The notes: a model not told the origin generated them from the sequence alone. DNA of 63,996 bases, filler included, from Sphacelaria rigidula (GCA_964200075.2; 3 parts of 3 records of this genome joined end to end with filler, not necessarily neighbours in it); one strand, 5' to 3'. Counted from the whole stretch's first letter, positions 41,101 through 54,487 are shown. Made by a program: numbers and translations.

Positions 41101-41934
41101 GTCGAGGTGAAGTTGTGCTGCGGCATGCATGGGTTTCGCGAGTCGGGACACAGAAGTCGGTCTGCGCGTTCAGGGCTTACGGTGGTACAGTAGGTTAGCG
41201 GTCTGCTGAGTTACTGCAGGCTACCAAGTATTAGATATCGAACGGAGTTTGACCTCAATACTCTTGTGTTACCGTTTTGTTCATATGAGTAGGCACACTC
41301 TGCTCCCAGTATAGTTCGGAAGCTGTCGTGATTAGCTTACATCTGCGCATGGAAGAGTGAGGTCCCTTTCAAGTGAAACGGTTTCATATTTCTCCCTTTG
41401 GATTAACGGATGACCTGATACTGTGTACACGAGCTACGTACCGTCCACTCAGGCCGATTTGATATCAGTGCGGCCGTCTTGCTCAACCAGGGTTTGCAAA
41501 AGTGACCTTGCGTAGTAAGCACGAGGAACGATATGAAGCAGCATATATCCATCTTACGTTGAACGACACCGTTTCTATTCACACGCCGTAGTGATGCCCA
41601 CGTCATATGAACATCCTCGTCGTTTCTGGCCTCGATGTAAAGCTCCAGCATCACTACAGTTCTACTGCGCACACTGATAAGGAAGAGACACGTCAGTCCA
41701 TGGTTCGCAACCCCTGCAATGATATCATTGTTTTTTCATCCATTTTTCCCGTGCCAGAAACGACTTTCATCGCACTTGTTCCCCGCACACCGAACGAACT
41801 CGCGAACGCTTGTGAAATGTCGTATTTCGGATGATCGACGGTCAGTCAGATCTTGGACATGAAGAAGAACCGTCTGCAGGACTGCCCTGACAACGTCGGC
41901 ACACTCTCGCGCTTGAGACGCTTGGAGCTAGACG
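26105..41934 (+). CDS. LRR protein with two embedded WW-like modules (3' end runs toward gap)
   Basis: Exons 26105-26332, 30882-31037, 31430-32008, 33410-33596, 34253-34396, 34851-35007, 35507-35583, 35763-35860, 36423-36524, 37021-37168, 38003-38077, 38576-38719, 39531-39665, 40175-40279, 40934-41092, 41850-41934. Repeated LxxLxLxxNxLxxLP. Phases consistent from 33410 onward; one mismatch at 32008/33410 leaves the 5' exons less certain. Confidence 0.85.
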
Positions 41935-42944
41935 GTGGGTTCACAAAGTGTGGACAGGAGGATCACAGGGGAACGCGGTCTTTGTGATACCATGATAAGG
42001 TGTACCTTGTCATTTCTTGTCTCTTCTAGACGCAATGACCAGCGCCGTTTCACACATGAGAATAACTTTGGGTACTGCTATTTTTGTCACGAGAACGACA
42101 TAATTTCAGCGGCCGAATGATACCACAAACTTCGCCAAAATGGGGATAGGGCAGAGTAAACGGGTGATGGTGATGGTGATGGTGATGCCCAGGAAACGTC
42201 GAAACAAATATGTGCACTTCGCCGCTTTGGGGCACCTTTGGGTACAGGCCATTTCTACTGCATTTCCCGAAACGTTGCGGCACTGCTATATACCGTCCCG
42301 CTTCCTTTCATCTGCTTTTCTTGAAGGGGATGTGCACAACGGAAGTCCCACCGCATCGTCTGCTCAATAGCAGCCGAAACCCAGTCGTGCTCAAGTCGTT
42401 TTCGTGCCGTTAAAAAAGTTGACCAGCGTACCGAGAAGCAGCTAGACTTCACAAGGCATACGTTTGCCTGACCATTGCTTTATGTTTTCTCATGATAATC
42501 GTTTATTCTACGTGGGTCACGACGTGTTCCAGTACTCAAAGCTCTTCGGAGGTATCGATACTTGAAGCACGACACGGACCGCGCTATCTGAATGCTCACA
42601 TCATCCCATTTCCCCCCTATTGTTTGTCTATCTACCATGCCTTGCCGGGGTGTGATACATGATTCTCGTGCCGTCTGCAATGCTCTGAGTGCAACACGTC
42701 AGAGGAAACAGGGTCGTCACCATGAGTGCTCATTGAAACGTTGCTCAGGAAGGGGTCACTTGCAGGCTGTTCATATACGAATGGACGGCAGGTTCTCGAC
42801 GACGGCGCGTATTCCAATGTTTTAGCGCTTCAGGTAGTTTCTAGCTCTTCCTCTCCCCCTTCCCTTGCGTTGGGCAAGAAGATGGAAGATACGATCGTGG
42901 GACGCCTGGATGGTTTACCATGAAGATCGCCTGGCACAAACGTG

Positions 42945-43044
42945 NNNNNNNNNNNNNNNNNNNNNNNNNNNNNNNNNNNNNNNNNNNNTTAATTAATTAA
43001 NNNNNNNNNNNNNNNNNNNNNNNNNNNNNNNNNNNNNNNNNNNN
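42945..43044. other. Assembly gap with artificial linker
   Basis: N44-TTAATTAATTAA-N44. Confidence 0.95.
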
Positions 43045-43111
43045 GACCCCGACTGATGCGCCCACATGTCCCGAAAGGGGTAGACTGGCGCCCAGAATAA
43101 ATGGGACGACA

Positions 43112-43123
43112 ACACACACAACA

Positions 43124-43197
<74 letters not shown>
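43112..43197 (+). repeat. (CA)n microsatellite
   Basis: Long CA run, pure from ~43125. Confidence 0.98.
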
Positions 43198-43198
<1 letters not shown>

Positions 43199-44944
43199 GG
43201 TGTAAGTGTCCAGAATAGATGGGACGAACACACACACGAACATACACTGTCTAATATTACAACATGCTTATGGTCATATTACCCCACATTTTCCTCGTGT
43301 GGTAGGTGTTTCATGATTGGAAAGGCGCTTCGTCGCAATCAGCGTTGGGCAACACCCACGGAAGCAGCGTGACTGTTTCTTCGTTGCCTCTTCTACAGTA
43401 GTACAGCGTACATGTTGTGTTGATATCTTCTGCTTTGATCGTTGATCGGGGGCTGACTTCTCGAAAGTGCTGCCCTACTCTACTTACCACCCGGCGGAGA
43501 CTGTGTATTAACAGTGTGAGCGCAGAGAAAACGAAAGTATGCCTACTTTACAGGTATTCCGAGCTGCACTGAACAACAAGTCTCGATGTTGTAGGACCGT
43601 GCTGTGCACGATATACAGTAAGTAGATTTTATGGGTATCGCGAAAACGGCGAGAGCACAACGCGGGCCGACTTGTCACGGTTCGCGTTTACAGGGAAGGG
43701 TTTGTCATGTCTCCTCGTCTGTCCTGTGACATATTGTCTTGTATAATCCTCCAGATTTCATCCTTTCTCACTCATGCACTTTGCGAGAATTTCGATAATT
43801 CCCCGCTTGTAGTGTTCGCATGCTTTGGACTATCGGAAACAAGCATGCCGCCACGCTTTCAGACAGCGGAACCGTGTCACCGCGATTAATAGAAACAACG
43901 ATCTTGGAGAGACTGTGCAAGTAGTTGGAGCAAAATCTCGCCGCATCCCTCGATACACAACTCGCGTCCTTCTCCACTCGCGGGTGCTTTGTGGTGGAGG
44001 CCACTTCCACCCCTTGGCCGGGTGGTGCACGGCACAGTGAAAGGCAGGTCATGGAACTCCCTCCGACTCCTGGCGTGCCTTCCTTTCCACGCCCGCTGAA
44101 GGCTGCACCAAGTCCTCGGTGGGTATGGTCGTCGTTTCTTCTTGGCACCCCGTCATGTGTGGCTTCTGTACTGTATTGACATACACAGCACGTGTGCGCG
44201 GTACACTGGCAGCTGACCCATAAGTCGACGGCCTGGCTAGTGATGTGGACCACATTGCATAGCTCTGCCATCAGCTAAATAGATCGGTGCTGCGTGTGTG
44301 TACTCTGAGCAGTCGACCCATCCTCTTTCGGGTATAATAGAATATCAAGTGTTTGACACTCTAACCTTACTCGTATGCCTCTTCGCATATTTGTCAAGGT
44401 ACAACGACCTTACCCTGCCTCGTGCACTTCAAGCGAATGTTTGCGGAGGCGGTGTCCTGGGACAATCTCAGGAGCTCGAAACGTATAATGGAACCTGCGG
44501 GGCCTCAGGTAACAGACTGCATGGTGGCTGCAGTATTACAGCTCAAACCCACCTTCCGTTACCCGTTCTCAAGTATTTATCCTCCGGCTAGCTTCGCGAA
44601 TCCCAAAGGAAACGATTGACCTCGAAGGCCGTCGGGATGTTGCCAGTCAAACGCCGGTCGAACCTACTTCCGGGGGGAGGGTTAGAGCACATGTAGTCGT
44701 TGGCTAGTCCTACTGTCAAACAATCGACGGATTGTTTTCAGTATCACAGGCACCCACGCCCAGCTGGTATTCATAACGCAGATGTATGTGATCCTGTTAA
44801 TGTAATGTCTACGGTTTTTCACGCGGGACCATCAGCACCCGAAGACTCAAAGTAGAAGCATGGTCGCCCAGAGGGATAACTGCCATTCAGCAGGATTCCG
44901 ACCTACGGTACAGCTCTGGCTCACCACGTGTCTGTGGACGACAG

Positions 44945-47900
44945 GTGCAGCACTTGCGGGGCTGAGAATGAGTGAAGCGTCTGGTACTTTAGAGCAGGAG
45001 CTGGACGACGGCTCGAAGTCAGGGATGCCGCTCCCCTGGCAGGGCTCCATCAAGCTTCCCGACGGCGACGAGGACATCGTGAACGCCGCTCAGGTTTCAA
45101 CTCATTCGGCACAATGCATTTTTGTGCTTGGCGATTGCTTTACTCTCATGGAATAAAGTAATACCAATTCAGTCGGCAGCCGTAATTCCCCCCCCCAACC
45201 TTCGAAGAGCTCGGTGATATTCAACAGCTCCTTTTTGGGATTACCGTGAATGGAAAATAATGTGTTTCTGGTGTTAGCAAAAATATGGATCACTTTCGAT
45301 ATAGTGTTGTGGGCTCTGACCTCTCTCTGGCCGCAGCCCGTTTTCGACTGTAAATGTCCAACATGGACCGTTCTTCACCCCAGACACGCAGTGTTTTCCA
45401 ATTTTCGGACACCTCGCCACGCGAATATCGTAACACAGATAGCGGCGTTGTGTCGACAATCTCTCCGTCTGCATGCCGCAATGGACCGCTTCTCGCGGCG
45501 TGCGCGGCGTCACGAGCTTGAAGCGCCACAGCAAACTCAAACACAAACTGGACAGTAAACAACGCCTGGCTCCCATGAGTAAGCGAAAATGGGTGTGTTG
45601 CCGGCAGGTCCTGTTCCATCACATCGTAATCATGCACACAATACTAAACGCACAGTGGTTATGAAGATGTGCACGAGAAGGCCAAGACATGGCAAACACG
45701 TAGGTATACGCATTATGATCGGTGGAGCTTTGTGCTGCCATGCTCAGTGGAGCAGAATGTCGAGAGATCAACGCAATACAGCACACTCCGAACCAAGACG
45801 GGCCGCAAAATAATGGCGACATCCTATGTATCAGCGAGAAATGAGCTTGTTGCTGATGGATGGGTGTTCCATCGTAGCGTGGTATTGTGCGCGATACTAA
45901 ACGCATGGTTGTGTTCTAGATATGTTCGTAAAGGCCAGGGCACGGTGAGCATATTGATGTACGGAGCAGGTGCGCCGGGGCATTGTGTCACGAGAATTTC
46001 GAACTACTGTCAACATCACCCCCCGCGAAATGTCTGCCCGAAACGGCATGCTATGCTTCTTTTTTTAAATCAAGTGATGTAGGAGAGGGATGCGGATCGA
46101 GTTGCCTGCAACTTTGCTGTGGTGCTTCAATCACGTGATGCCCTGCAACCCGAGAGACAGGGTTTGTTGCAGTATGAAGACTGTTGTTGTAGCTTGCCGT
46201 TATCGCTGTAAGCACGCCAATCGATCAATTCCGACGTAACAAATGACCCGGCGCGGCTAGCGTGCCGTGGAGCGAAGGCATCCTGAACGCTGATTCAGCC
46301 AATGAAGAACCATAGGAATAAGTGGAAATATCTGAACACTTGCTTTTGGAGTGCAAAGCTTCCGCACAAGGTTTGGGACACTAGATAGATTGACGGTAGG
46401 GCAACGTTCTCGCGACACACGGCCAAGTTAAGCATGATACATTTATCAGTCACCGTCTGAATTCATATAAACATAATTACCAGGTGACCCGCAAGCGTTG
46501 TCTGTGCAGTATCACATAATTATGTGCTCAACATATCCTAGCTATTACGTACATACCTCGAAAACTCCCGTGGGTTTCGTATTGCGCACAATATCACGCT
46601 GCGATGGAACACCGCCCGCCAGCAACACGCCTATTTCTCGCTAATACATAGGATATCGCCATTATTTTGCGGCTCGTCTTGGCTTCGAATTTGCTGCAGT
46701 GCGTTGATCTCGCGACATTAAGCTCCACCAAGCATGATGCGTATGTCTACATGTTTGACATACCCTGACCTTCTCGTATATATCTTTAAAGCCACTGTGC
46801 GTTGATTATCACATGCATGATCACCCTGTGATGGACCAGCACCCGCCGGCAACGCACCCACGTTCAATAGCACATGGGATTCAGCCGTTTTTTCCGGTCC
46901 AGTTTGTGTTCGAGTTCGCTTTGGTGCTTCAATCTCATGACGCCGCGCACCCCGAGAGAAGCGGTTCATTGCGGCGCGCAGACAGGGAGGTTATGAGCAC
47001 AACGAGGTTATCTGTGGGATTTACAATGTCGTGTGGCGAGAGGGAGTGTCCGAACAATAGAGAGCGCGGCGCGACTGGGTGAATAATGGTCCATGTTGGA
47101 TTATACAATCTAAATCGGGTTGCGGCCAGATAGGGGTCAGAGCCTGAAACGCTACATCGGAAGTGATCCATATCGTGACGTATTGTCCAGAAGCCTGCAC
47201 CCGGAAGCCTGCACAATGCTCAAACCTGGTGAAAGTTGCACTTCACTTTTTTCTGCCATTTCGTGATGTGAACACCCGAAAAGTCATTACCTATGGCATT
47301 TGACGAGATCATCTCTGGCGGTAAAGTTGGAGTGACCACACCTGAGTGAAGGCGCACATTTTTGCGCGCTCATTTCGTGGTGATGCGACCCGAGGTCAAG
47401 AAGTTCTAGATCCCATAGACTGTAATCGGCGCTACGAATCGCCTTTTTGAGTGTCACATGTTACGAGACGTTTCACTTGGTAGACCTCTTCAGACGGATG
47501 TCCCACCTCTAGACCTGCACTCTACGATTCGCACGAGCTTCACCAAACCGCGACGAGAATGACGCCAATGCAATCTAACACGGGTAGCTCGCTGCTGTTC
47601 CTTACGGTATTTTTTGGCATGGTCGAAATTCCACGTTTTGAAACCCTTGGCACTGTGTGATATTACCCCGGACTCCCTTCTTTCGCGATATTTTTTCGTA
47701 CGTCCAACCCAGACGTGGATACTCCAGATTTTGCACGAAAGCTCAAAGGACATGAGGTGCGACGGGAGAACGGCCGAATCGCTCACTGATGGACGCGCTC
47801 TTTGTCGACTCGTGAACGCGATCGCCCCCCGCAGTGTGCAGATCACCTTCGACTTGAACAACGAAAACGACCAGGTGGCATTTTTTCCAATGTCTAGCAA

Positions 47901-50900
47901 TTCATATACCCTATACCGTACGGAGATAGCGTCCATCCCGAAGTCGATATGAAACCCCAAACGATATAGACAGCGGATGATGGCGAGCCATTCCACGTCT
48001 CGTATTCGTCCCTGCAGTGCGCCCGCCCTCGACCCTCGGAGTTGAAGCGCACTGAAACGCCGCTCGCGTGCATAGTTTCACATCTTTTTGGGAATGTATT
48101 CGACTCCTTGGTCTGACCCGCGTCTGTAGTAACCTTTCATGTTCACGTTGTGAGCATCTCCCCGGGAGCGTGGTGTTACCAGGGCACCACGACTTATTTT
48201 GGCGCTATCCTCTGCCTTTCACTCCTCGTGCGTGCTTTGCGTTCAACACATTTTACTGCGTAGTTCTTCACTAACTTGATGGAAGACTGACTGTGGGTAC
48301 GAGGTATAACATATGTATCGTAATAAAACATACTCGGTGTGTCGTTGCTCTAGGAGCTTTCGAACAGTGTGTGTTGCCGGGATGGTATCTTCTACACCGT
48401 TGCTGTTGCTGGGTGCTATCTTCTGCGAATATGCCCCTGGGTCTTGTACTTTTCAGGGATCTACACGTTACACGCTACACATGCCACAACGTTACACGTT
48501 ACGTTCACGTTACGTTTTTGACGAAACGTGAACGTTGAAGACTTTTCACGTGATGAATGCAACGTTGAATTTTTGTATATGAACGGTAACTTAAGGTTAA
48601 ACTTTTGTAACGTGACAAACAAAACGTAACGTGAACATTAAATTGCCTCAACATTCAAAACACGTGATACGAAACGTTTCGTGGAACGTGTAACCTACAT
48701 TACACGTCACATGAAACATAATGAAGCGGTGCACACGTCAAGTTTACAATGAACTTCGAAATCCTGCGAGACAAAGTAACTACTATAAAACGGTACAAGT
48801 ACAGGCCGTGATTTTGCTAAGAGTACGAGGTTACAAGTAGAGTCTTTACTTCGTAAACACAGTACAAGTGCAGGCTGTACTTGTAACCTTGTACCACTGT
48901 ATTTCCGACTACCGGCTGTACTCTGCAAGTACAGTAGTGTAAGGTTCCAAGTACAGCCTGTACTCTGCAAGCACAGTAGTGCAGGGCTTCAATTACAGCC
49001 TGTACTCGCAAACACAGCTGTACTCGCGAACACAGCATTGCCGTGCAAGGTTACAAGTACAGGCTATACTCTGCAAATACAACAGACAGCAGAAGTTCAA
49101 GATACAAACACCCTGCACTTTGCACACACAGTATTACAGTACGAGGTAGGCAACCATTTGTTCGCGGCAACGGGAGGCAGGTTCGCATGTGGCAGCGATG
49201 ATGTCGCCAATGTCTTCAGTTCTACACCGTCTTGACTGTAAGGTTGAAGGCTACACGCACGTGCACGTACATGGTGGTGCATGCAGATGCAGAGGATATG
49301 GCTCCTGCCTGCACTACGGTATACGTGCAGACTCTTCTTTGTTTGCTAACACTCGTAACCGTCTCAGAAAAAACAAAATTGGGCTCCCGAATAAAATAAA
49401 ATAAAGTGGACTCCCGAACTAAAAGCAAAATGGCTCCCGAATTTAAATTAAAACGCGCGATCGGTCATAATAAAAGGTGTGGGTGGATTTGTATTTCCCC
49501 CCACATGGGGAGATGTAATATCTCCGCTAGATAAATGCATTGATTGCCTGTACCGCGGTGTTCACCTGTCATACGTACATACATGCATACATATATATAC
49601 GCCTACCTTTCACGGCCTTGATGAACCATTTTGTTGTTCATGTGAACATGTTTACATATACAGAACCAAGGATACCCGACATACTGTAGTTTTGTCTCCG
49701 AAATGCCGGGAAGACTCAAGCCGGCGGTCAACCATGTTGTTCACGATCTATCGTGTGGGCAGTATGTGCTGTCGTGCGAATGATCAATCACTTGGAAATT
49801 AAAAATTGAAGGGCAACAAAAATTTAAAAGAAGAGAGAATATATGAAAATATTACGGTCGTTCTGGAGGCCCGGTCCCAAAAGGGTTAATACATGTATAC
49901 ATGTATGGAAACAAGGGTACCCGGTATTGTTCTGTCCGCGAAATGATGAAAATAATACGGTCAAAAAGATGAAAATAAAAGAGGAGATATGAAAATAATA
50001 CGGTCAAAAACGAATGAACGATACACTGTAGAGAAAGTAACGTTACACAATCACATAATGCACCTACGCTCAAAACATACGACGGGTCACCGTCAGCGTC
50101 ACGTACACGGTAACGTCACGCGTTACACGACACGTTAAAACGCCTCAAACACTGGTGAATGAGCCGCGACATGCACAGAATGAAACGTTACATTCGAACG
50201 TTACACGTGTCAACGAAACGTTATATTAGACGTTACACGTTCCATGAAACGTTTCATATCACGTTACAAGTAACGAAACGTAAAATTCGAAGTATTTTTA
50301 CGTGATGAACGTAACGTGAACGTAAGGTCAAATTTTCAAACGAAACGTTAACGTAACGTTAAATTTTTTAACGTGCCAGACGTAAGGTAACGTGAATTTA
50401 AACTTTACAAACGTGATGAACGTAACGTGTAACGTGTAACGTGTAACGTATAACGTGTAGACCCCTGCTTTTTTTCAGGTGAGGAATTTTATGCACTTCA
50501 TGGATGCATGCCGCCGCTTTGGTGTGCCGGAAGGAGCGCTTTTTGATGCATCCAGTCGGTGAGTCGCTCTCCGCACCCACTACTATGACCCTGCGAATGG
50601 TTCGGAGTCTACGGTTTTCAGCCGTGGCGCCCGGGCAGATTGTTGCGGATTCTGTGCCGACAAAGCCTTTTTGAGCAGGACCTGGTTCCCGTTGTTGAAA
50701 CGTGAGTTCATGAGTATTCAAGAATGTTAGACGACAGTGGACGGGATGCGGGGATGCGGGTCCAGGGATCGCTATTCAAATGCCAGGCATATACCGAGGG
50801 GGGGTACTCATTCGTTGCTCGCCTTAGTCGTTTGACCATGTGACCACGCACCCCTTGCGAGACGGAGTACCGATCCTACTCCTAATGGAGGGAGTGGCGG

Positions 50901-53900
50901 GTTGATCCTGTGAGCCTATGAACTCGTCCCGACGAAGGAGAAGGCATCCAAAGCATGCCAACAACAACAAAAACGCGAACGAAGACAAAAAGTAGGCCTC
51001 TGCCGGAATTTCTGTGCTGCCGACCGACCAACCGGGGTACACAATGGGCAAAGAGGCACAAGCTTAAGGTGTGCTATACACTGTCGGTACTAGCGTGGAT
51101 TTATCAGCTACCTGTATCGATGACTCTCTGGGGAATCGACACAACAATATACCCATTGCTTCTTGAATAGATGCGGCGGTGGAAACCTATCCATATATTT
51201 TGTCGAACATGATGGATGTCGAAACACGTCTTTTGATGTGTACTGCAAGCGACAATATATCGTGCAAGCGTCAACCAATAGTCTATTGCAATTACAGAAG
51301 AGTGAAGATTACTGGACATCGATGGACGTCGTGTACCGCAATAGATTTTGGCATGTATTTATCGATATTCATTTCTGTTACAAATATATCTGGTTAGCAC
51401 TTTATCGATAGCCATCGCCGTCGTCCATAGATTTGGGTAACAATCTATCGATAGCTTTTGCCGCCAACAATAGATTTGGGAGTCATCCTACGATAGGGGG
51501 GGGTATTTTGGGCACCTTCTTGCACGAAATTCCAAGTCAAATCGTCGTTGAAAGCAGCAACGGTTGTTCGAAAGAGCTTGTTGTGAATAAACAACGCTCA
51601 TTCATACCGATCGACACCGTTTTGAACCAAATACAAGCGCACCGCGAGTGTGGCAGATCGTCTGACACATTTATGAGCCTCTTTTTTCGTGCAATCAAAT
51701 CCTCCCCCCCCTACCGTAGGATGACTCTTGGGGGCATCTCTGGATAGCCATTGCGTCAACAATAGGTTTTGGATTAATATATATATATATATATATATAT
51801 ATGTTTCTCGCTGCAACCGAAAAATGTGTATTGATAGCTATTGATCGACGCCACTCAGCTCCTATTGTGGCCAGCAATAGATAGTGGTGGCCGCGATTCA
51901 GGTTCTGCTGTGACCAGCAATAGACATTGGCGACCGCTTTTCAGATTCTAATGTGCTTGTCAATACGTATTGGTGGCCGCAATGCAGATCCAACTATGAT
52001 TGTCAATAAACAGTGGCGGAGTCTATTACAACAAATGATATATATCGATAGACGACTTGGCCACTCCATTGTCGTGGCAATGATACACTTTGTCTCTTGT
52101 CCCGAATCTATTGTTGCCCACAACAGCTATCGGTTGAGCGGATGACAATGGAAATAAACAGTAACATTTTTCGGGGCTATTGAGGCGGCAATGTTCTATT
52201 GCACACTCTATTGTCCAGGGTATAAGCACATCTCACCCACAAATAAATATACTCTACGCGCTTCTGTCCATCAGAGGGAGAACCCTGAGTACCGACACCA
52301 CACCAACAACAAAAACTCGTAATCTTTTGTCCACACATGTTGCGGATTCTTGCAACGTACAATCGTTCCGAATTTGTATGATTGTGACGTCATATTTCTA
52401 CAAGTATTATCATCGTCTATCGTACCCTCCGCATTATCAATTGCCACCTCTCTATCTCACTTCAGTAGAAGATATGCTCTATACATAGTACACGGCATTG
52501 TAGGTGCGGCAACAGACGACAGAGGATATCTACCGATGGACACCGTATACCGCAGTAGATACTAGTGTGTATACATCGATAGTCATAGTCATCATCGCAG
52601 AATTCGTACGCAATCTATCAAAAGTCATCGCCACCATCGACAGATTTGGTGCACCATCTATCAATAGCCATGGCCGTCATCAATACATTTGGCACGCAGT
52701 CTACCGATAGCCGTTGCCGCAATCAATAAATTTGGAAAGCTATCTATCGATATTTTCGGTCGGCGGCAATAGCTTTCGGTGTAAGGCCACAACAGACTGG
52801 TGCCTGGGCAATCGTGTGGGAAATGGGCCTATCGATAGACTTTGTCGACGACATTAGACAGAGAAACCTGCAGATCGGTAGCCATTCACGACGACTCTAT
52901 TGGCGTCTAGTGCTGCAGACTCTGTCGTTATTGCAGTAGACGGCATCTATTGTCCAGGGTGTGACGTTGGAACTGTATGGCCGGCAGACTTGTTCAGTCC
53001 GTCGAGTTGCAGCCGCTCATACTATTATGCTTTCCATTGTTACCCTCTGATCAGTAATCTCTTCCCCTCACGCTCACGTACGTATATTGCCCGTCCGGCA
53101 GAGATCCTAAGCGCATCGCGTTATGCCTGCATGTTCTTAGTCGAGTGGTCCAAGACACGGTGCCTACCTTCAGGGGACCATTTCTGTCGCAGCGCGCCTC
53201 CACGGTATCATCCCCTCGCGACAACAACAGCAGCGCATCTTCCTCCACATCTTCAAACATAAGCGGACGCGAGCAGCGCTTGCAAGTCCTAGACGAGCAG
53301 CGCTTGCAAGTCCTAGACGAGCAGCGCTTGCAAGTCCTAGACGCCACAATCGCGCCAGCGCATTTGCGACAGCAACACCCGGGGCATATTTCGTCGATAT
53401 CTCCATCGACCGCTGATCTTACGGCGTCGAATGTTGAATTTTGGCACAATCAATCACCTGATCTACAGCAGCCGCGAACGGCTCAGGAGCAGCAGTCACT
53501 AAGCAGCCAACAGCCTGACTTGCAGCAGCACCGCCAGACGATACACTGCGGGCAGCTGAGTCTACCTTCTCGTTTACAGGGGGTTTGGGGTGGAGATACA
53601 CTGGAACCGAGGGGCGGTGCCCGGACTTTCACCTCCCCATTGGCAAGAGGATTTACGCTACGCGACGGCGAACCTTGTCCTTTCGATGACGCGCATCAGG
53701 CAGGGGCGTCTTTCGACAAGAAGTTTGAAGACCTCGTTCAGCAGCAGCAACAACAGAAGCAGAAGCAGCAGCTCAAGGTGCGGTGTATCGCGGCAGCGGT
53801 ATTTGAAGCTGCTGCACTTGCAGGGTTCCCCAACAAACAATCTTACCGTCGACCAGACGTTGTTCAACTACTTGTAAATGTTCTTGAAAAATATAAAAGT

Positions 53901-54487
53901 GCAGTGCCGCAGGCGACGGTGGCAGGAGTAGTGAGGGATCCGGGTCAGGAGCAATGGAAGACGTAGAAGTCTAGTCAGTCCGCACCGTCGTATCGTGTGA
54001 CCATCGACTGTCCTCCCTTTTTGTGAGTGTTCTAGTCGTGCGTCATATCGCGCGATGTACATTGTTGCGCGCAGGCAGCGCCGTCGTTTGCGCGCACGGC
54101 TGCAAACTCGCTGTCACCGTGGTTATCGCGGCTGAATCTGGGGGCCTTCGAGTCGGCACTTGTGGGCATCGGAGTAGAAACTACGGCAGACCTTTGGTGA
54201 GGATGGCCTAGTACAATGGCGCACATTCCGTCAACCCTACCCCCGTGAGCGTGAACAATGATGTCCTACAAACTAGAGTGTTTGGCAAGAACTACTTTCG
54301 AAGTTTCGAACAATCCGTGACGTATGAAGGGGTTTGCGATCGCTGTCTTCATCCCCAACCACTGCTCGCCCCCCCCTCCTGCTCGCCCTGCCGTCCCCCA
54401 CCCTGCAGCTACGTCGAAGCGCAAGATCTTGCCGCAATCGGTATGCACGGACCACAGATCCGTAAGTTTATGCACAACAGGCCTTGA
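44945..54487 (+). CDS. Calponin-homology (CH) + C-terminal SAM domain protein, 5' end uncertain
   Basis: Exons ~44945-45093, 47713-47874 (TWILQIL...SLTDGRALCRLVNAIAP), 50479-50558 (VRNFMHFMDACRRFGVPEGALF), 53102-53777 (DPKRIALCLHVLSRVVQDTVPTFRGP, then Q/S-rich linker), 54075-54196 and 54409-54487 (PWLSRLNLGAFESALVGIGVETTADLCYVEAQDLAAIGMHGPQIRKF). Phases consistent; possible upstream exons near 43925-44117 and 44399-44507. Confidence 0.85.
45284..47173. repeat. Large diverged inverted repeat (arms ~45284-45960 and ~46525-47173)
   Basis: atatggatcactt...ggctctgacc...tccaacatggacc...aaaataatggcgacatcctatgtatcagcgagaaat are each mirrored in order in the second arm. Confidence 0.85.
48454..50467. 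mobile_element. Non-autonomous DNA transposon (~2 kb) with CAGGG termini and ACGT-rich subterminal arrays
   Basis: Left cagggatctacacgttacacg; right cgtataacgtgtagacccctg; dense aacgtt/acgtga/acgtaa motifs over the outer 270-400 bp; ctttt on both flanks. Confidence 0.85.
51290..52962 (+). repeat. Two decayed copies of an element built of ATCGATAG/CAATAGA units
   Basis: cgatggacgtcgtgtaccgcaatagat (~51320) vs cgatggacaccgtataccgcagtagat (~52534); both end in tctattgtccagggt (~52207, ~52946). Confidence 0.6.
53271..53342 (+). repeat. Coding 24-bp perfect tandem repeat x3 (EQRLQVLD)
   Basis: gagcagcgcttgcaagtcctagac three times. Confidence 0.97.

Noticed and set aside
43045..43110. Hammerhead-like ctgatg...cgaaa
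   Set aside because: Core reads CUGAUGC rather than CUGAUGA and stem II does not pair.
53271..53342. CRISPR-like repeats here or at 24166-24420, 61781-62042, 62860-63900
   Set aside because: No short constant repeats with unique spacers, no cas genes, eukaryotic context.
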